From Euglena gracilis (taxonomy: Eukaryota), in the NCBI GenBank assembly GCA_039621445.1, contig CP154954.1, forward strand, positions 31,148,012 through 31,212,011: a stretch of DNA of 64,000 bases. The letters run 5' to 3'. The translations under genes and the position numbers were made by a program. Below, in pieces: positions 58,950 through 64,000 of the stretch. The notes below the pieces were generated by a model. The model saw nothing but the letters and a program-made list of their open reading frames with translations. It was not told where the DNA came from and did no database searches. The first letter of the stretch is position 1. The number at the start of each line of letters is the position of its first letter.

Positions 58950-59505
58950 CCCAAAGCGTTGTATTTTTTCTTCTTCGGGAAAAAGGTCTGTATCTTTGGA
59001 TGTGACCCAAAATTTCACCCAACCCACGTAATGGACATTTTGGAGTGGGCTTATCGCAAATAACCGCAGGGATATTTCGAAATTAATGCGGCCGGTGTGC
59101 CATGTACGGAGCATAGCCTTGCAAAAACGACAGGGAGCAGATGCATGCAAACGGCAGATCGCCTTGTTGAAAAAACATTGGAGACCAGGAATAGTTTCAA
59201 CCCAAATTGTGGTGGGTTGAAAATCCCCGTACGGGATATTTACCCAAATGGCAATGTGTTCGAAATTTGAATTTCGTTGATATTGATTATTGCCAGTTTT
59301 CTGATTGGGGGACCAAAAACGCCCGTATTTGGGGGAGTGAAAATCTCCTAAGTTTGAAGGACAAAATTTGTGATGGAAAAACCTGCCCAGATATGGCGTT
59401 GAAGGAGAGGGGCAGGTGGACGCACATGGAGCAATTGGGTGGGAGGCATATGCACATCAAAAATGGAGAAAGCCACAAAAATTGATTGAATATCTGCTTT
59501 CGGCC
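58950..59505 (+). pseudogene. C5-cytosine DNA methyltransferase pseudogene
   Basis: Frameshift-corrected translation: PKAL..FSGKRSV/SLD..DPKFHPTHVMDILEWAYRK*PQGYFEINAAGVPCTEHSLAKTTG...ADRLVEKTLE...FNP/LWWVENPRTGYL...VDIDYCQFSDWG..ARIWG.../KWRKPQKLIEYL. This gives a motif I remnant, motif IV (PC), motif VI (ENP), motif VIII-like and motif X-like segments in canonical order. Confidence 0.8.
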
Positions 59506-59539
59506 CTTGATGTTAAGGAGGAGAAATTTTCCTTCGAAA

Positions 59540-59925
59540 GGGAGGATTATGCCATGAGAAACTCGACTGAGAAGAATTTTCAAAAGAGAGCCGAAATGGA
59601 TTGCTTTGCCCCAATCAAAAATTCTCAATATGCTTTTTTAGACAAAAGAAGAAAAAGCCTTGAGCATTGATTGCGGGAGGCGGGGGGCATGGTGTGGTTG
59701 AACCCCCTTGGCCTTTGTGGCATAGAGTGGCAAAAAAGTTGCAAAGAACCCCGTGTGATGCAATATGCATTGTTCCCGATTGGCAAAGGGAATGGGTGAG
59801 AGAAATTGTGTGAAACACAACACAAAAAATTGTATTTTCAGGCTGGTACAACGCCTTTCGAAGTGGACTGGAAACCCATGAGAGGTGTGACGTGGGGAGT
59901 TTGGGTCTTGTTGATAGAAGGTACA
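59540..59925 (+). pseudogene. N6-adenine DNA methyltransferase (phage/DIRS Dam-like) pseudogene
   Basis: EDYAMR...MDCFAPIKN.../VWLNP[P]WPLWHRVAKKLQRTPCDAICIVPDWQREWV. Shows a DxFA motif, NPPW restored by one added C at ~59703-59707, and a VPxW motif. Confidence 0.72.
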
Positions 59926-60031
59926 AGCCTCCCACCAGCACTAACGCGCCTGAGGAACCAAAGGTTTCACGTTTGAAGTCATGCATGGTGAAGAAAAGGC
60001 AATCACCCACAGGATCAGCAAGGTTTTTTAA

Positions 60032-60410
60032 GATCGGCAACTTTTGCTTCGCACAAAGGTGATTTTGGTCAACGGGGAGGAACGGGATATGTATATTTTG
60101 GTGGATGCAGGGGCGGAAGCAAACCCCTTATGGCAAGGGTTCATAAGCGATCATTTGATGCACACGGCTGAACATCCCCTTAAGTTTGAAATGGCTGACG
60201 GCCAACTTTAAGTGGGGGGACAAATGCACTAAGGTGAGAATGAAGTGGCTGGGTGAGGAGAGTAATGGGGCACCACCCGAGTGCGTTGAGTATGAAATAT
60301 TCGTATTTTACGAAGCAAATGAAAAGGTGGATGCCGCTTTGTCGTTCCCATGGCTTTCCCGAGCAAAGCTTGGAATTTTCCCACATCACCGAGCTTTGGT
60401 TTTAGAGAAC
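60032..60410 (+). pseudogene. Retropepsin-like aspartic protease pseudogene
   Basis: QLLLRTKVILVNGEERDMYILVDAGAEAN...PLKFEMADGQL*/...FYEANEKVDAALSFPWL. Shows an LVD[T>A]GA active-site motif at 60104, an ADG flap and a terminal D-x-x-L-x-x-PWL motif. Confidence 0.75.
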
Positions 60411-61203
60411 CCTGAAGAGAGGGAGAAAGACTGGAAGACCTTTGACTGCATCAACCTTTCATAGTCGGCCTTGAAAGTCACCACCTGAGATATTGTGCGA
60501 GATGGAACTGTAAAAAAAAATATTGGAAAATATTGAATAAGAATGATAGTGTTCGCCTCCTCCCGCAGAAGTGGTACACATTCCCAAAACTGCAATTTCC
60601 GCAATTTCCCGATTTTTTTTCCCGCAATGATTACAACTGCCTCCGATATCCATCCTCTTCCACGCATATATTACGTCAATTAACACTTATCATGTTGCAT
60701 TCAATACACTATCACAGCACACTTCAAAGTATCAATTCTTTTCATTTTGCAGCATTTGTGCATGTTTCGAGCTGTTGTTTACACTTTTCAAACAAAAAAA
60801 ATACAAAAAACAGGATTTTTGTACTTTTGGGAACATGCTGATTTTAGAAATTTGGAAATTGTTGGCTGAAAAATCCGAAAATGACTAAAAATTGACAAAA
60901 AGTTTGGTCTCAGGTTAAATCTGGTCCAGAATTTTTATAAACTGAAAAAACAATTCCCATCAGAAATTGGGAAAAAGCCCTAAAAAAGGCCATGGAATCG
61001 CCAAATTTTGTCAAAATTTGTAAAACTTGGCAAATTTTGGCAACAAAGTAACAAAAGGCACCTGGGTTCCTTTGTAAAACGTTTAAAGAATGGGCGGAAC
61101 CCGTTTCGCCTTTCATTTTCAGATTTCAGGTTCGTGCGGGAGGATTGCGAAGAGGGGAGGAAACTGCGGAAAATTTCGAAAATTGTGGGGGAAATTGCAG
61201 ATA

Positions 61204-63715
61204 TCAATTTCCCCTCTCTGCTGATTGAAAATTTTCAATGTTGATTTTTAAGTGGATGAAAACGTTGGGCTTTGGAAATGTGATGAACACACACCATGAT
61301 GAATGCACTTCCCCCAGTGGTGAACGTTTGGCTCGCCGTGCCCAGGACGAGACCCGCCCGCGCAGCGCTCGGCACACCTCGGGAAACGCGCGGTAGTACT
61401 GGAACGGGTCCTCCAGCAGGGGCCGGGCGGCCTCCGCCACCTCCCGCTTGCGCGCCTCCGCCGCCGCGGCGTCCCCTTTGGCGAGGAAGACGAAGGCGTG
61501 GGCCATCGGGCGCTGGACCTGCGGCGGGCAGGGGCACAAAAGAGCCATTGGATGGACGCTGTGTTCCCGCCGGGCGAGTTGGCCAGCACTGGGGACCCTG
61601 GCAGCGGGGCAGGACCTCCCAGGGTCTCGGGCATGACAGTCCCCTGGGTGGCCGGCCACAGTTCCGTGGCTGCTTCGGCTGCCGAGGAATCAACAGACGG
61701 GCTGCACGGCGGGGTGGCAAAAAGGTGAAATAAGACGGTTCGGAGATCTCGGGGGCTGCAAACGGGTGTCGATGCACAGTTGGGGGCCGGTGGTGTAAAA
61801 GATGGAAGGGGGCCGCGCTGTCTGGAAACGAAAAAAAAAAATGAAGGCCCCGCCAGCAGAAAACCCTCAGAAGGGAGAGAAGAGGAAGGGGCCGGACCTT
61901 CTCCAGAATCTCCCGCGCCTCCTCCTCGTGGATCATCTCCTTGGCCTCCTTCTCCACGCCCTTCGCCAAAGCGTCGTACTGCTGGAGGAACTCCTGTGTG
62001 GCAAGCGGCACAAGAGCAAAGCGCCGTCACATCTCACTCAGGGGGTGACGATTGCACACGATTGCGGAACCGTTGAGAGGATAAGGAGGAGGGACGTAAA
62101 GAGGGAAAGGAAGACAAGGAGGAAGGGAAAGGATAAGCGATGGTCCAAGGATGCCAGGGATAACTCTTTCCCCCAAAATCGACCTGTGCTTTCGGCCAAT
62201 TTTTCTGTGGACTTATCACTGAATGTGCCAGGACCAAACGTTGACTAAAGATCCGAAACAACACGCAAATGGGGGGGGGGGCAGCCAATAATGCACAACG
62301 CAAAGAATTGCAAAGAAAATGCAAATTCATTCCCTTCAGCCCTCAGGAAGGCTGCTCTGCTGCCACCAAACGCAGTTGAGAGGTCGTCCACAAAATTTGT
62401 AAAAATTACCATTGCGAACAAAACAAAGAAGCGGCCAGGGGCTAAACTAGACAGTGGTGGTGGCAACGCGCCCATGCAGGGTGGGAACAGGGGGAGGGCA
62501 TGCCTGCACTTGGGGGTAGCGGACGTACAGCTCCGCCTTTGGGCCAATGAGGCACTCTGTGGCGATCTGCCGTTTTCCAAAAAGCAATTTTGAAAATTGG
62601 GTTCGATGGGTGGGAACATGGCTGGGCTGGGTCCATAGAGGCCAGCATCAGCAATTGTGGACTTGCATAAGACGGGGTCTGCCCAGGCTTGCTTAAGGAC
62701 CCCCGGGGGGGGGGGGGGGGGGGGTGGGGTAGGGGTGGTCGGGGGGGTACTGGCTAGCCCAATGGTAGACACTGGAAAAAGGGACTAGCTAGACCCCCCC
62801 CTCCCCCACGGGGGGGGGGGGTCCGGGGTCCCCGGATGGAAAAAAATCGCGCGCGCCGGAGGAAAAAATGGGTTTTTAACAGGTTTTTGGCTGATTTTGT
62901 TACCAAAAATTCCCAAAAAATGGCCAAAACCGGGCAGGTTTTGGCCATTTTGGGGGCCCAAAAAAAAAGTTCGGCGTCTTTGCCGGTCATGGAAAAAAAA
63001 TTCCATAGCTAGCCCTGTAGCAGACCCCCCGGGGGGGGGGGGGGTCTGCTAGAAAACCACTAGCCAAATGTGGACTTGCATCGGGACTGGGTCTGCCCCC
63101 CCCCCAATCCCCCCCCCAATGTGGCTGGCATTGGGGAACCTCCCCCAAATGCAAACAACCCGTTGCTTGAACTTCACCGGGCAGGCTGAAAGGTGGCTGA
63201 ACTTTGGGCAAAACAACAAAGAAATGCCTCTTGTGATGAAGGAAAGGGGTGGCATTTTTTTTGACGAAAAACGCCTGTCTGCCAGCCCAAAAAAATGAGC
63301 AATGGTCGTCAAGTTGGTTGGGTGATTTTGTTGCTGATTGCTTTCGATTGGAGCGGAGATCTTCCTTCGCTTTCCCTAAATTTTAGCTTCATTTCCAGAG
63401 GTTTCTTAATTTTGGACTTCGCGGTGGTGCCGGGGGGGGGGGGGCTTCAATTTGGGTGTCGGTCGGTTCGGCCCCACAGGTTGCTGAAAATTGGGGGTTA
63501 CTCACAGCGGGAGGAGAGGATGGCCGCTGGAGGGCGGGGGGGGGGGGAGCACGGCCCCACCTGCTGGCCCTGCCGGCGACCCCGGGCCCGCTCCAAGTCG
63601 CGAAGCACCCGGTGACAGCGGGCGAGGGCGTCCTGCATCTCGCGGTACCGGATGGCCGCCTCCGCCTGGGCGGGTGCCGCCAGGGCCCCGGCCCGGTTGT
63701 CGAGAAGAAGGCTGA
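61204..63715 (-). CDS. Hypothetical alpha-helical protein, 3' part (gene probably begins beyond the window)
   Basis: GC3-rich exons ~63715-63561 (CAG|GT donor), 61993-61898 (32 codons, AG/GT flanked, EFLQQYDALAKGVEKEAKEMIHEEEAREILEK) and from 61518 (VQRPMAHAFVFLAKG...LLEDPFQYYRAFPEV). Stop position uncertain. Confidence 0.6.
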
Positions 63716-64000
63716 CGCTCGCGCGCACATGCACGTGTGCGTACCATTAACCGTGCATTCCAAAACCAACAATATTGGTTGAAAGGCCCCACCCACATGG
63801 TTTGGGGAAAGCGTGTGGCTACTGAGGCATGTGGCTCACGGCGGGAAACACAATTGAAGCACAGCATTCGGGGGGAGGGTCAACATTTTGCCACTCCTCA
63901 CACTTGGGGCCCATGGTGAAGGTGTCTTGTGCTATGGGGTGCCTGCACATAGCAGGCAGACCCCTTGGTGAAAATAGTCATTTCGTGGTACCTGGCATGC

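Larger units (their letters stand above)
58950..60464 (+). mobile_element. Decayed retroelement fragment: C5-MTase, N6-MTase and retropepsin polyprotein
   Basis: Three collinear degenerate domains on one strand with no introns, several frameshifts and stops, and lower GC3 than host exons. No RT, integrase or LTR seen in the window. Confidence 0.7.

Overview
Eukaryotic, intron-rich nuclear DNA, most consistent with a euglenid (Euglena-like) genome. Short GC3-rich exons are split by a mix of canonical GT-AG introns and non-conventional introns whose ends are not GT-AG but base-pair with each other. All recognisable host genes are on the minus strand: a two-RRM RNA-binding protein (~17.6-23.7 kb), a Pro-rich hypothetical protein (28.5-31.1 kb), anaphase-promoting complex subunit 4 (36.5-56.7 kb, about 20 exons), a tiny FYVE-only protein (58.2-58.8 kb), part of a helical hypothetical protein (61-64 kb), and weakly supported exons at 5-14 kb. 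Introns and intergenic DNA contain at least ten hAT-type MITEs with 8-bp target-site duplications, plus micro- and minisatellites. Three features stand out. (1) A decayed plus-strand polyprotein at 58.95-60.46 kb joins a C5-cytosine DNA methyltransferase, an N6-adenine (NPPW-type) methyltransferase and a retropepsin, suggesting a retroelement with two methyltransferases. (2) A decayed, possibly KDZ-type transposase at 31.8-35.6 kb has tiny introns and a 3' flank sharing about 18 copies of one palindrome. (3) A 3-kb fold-back element at 24.9-28.0 kb has a central hairpin whose loop is complementary to its terminus. All assignments come from manual translation and motif recognition; no database searches were run.
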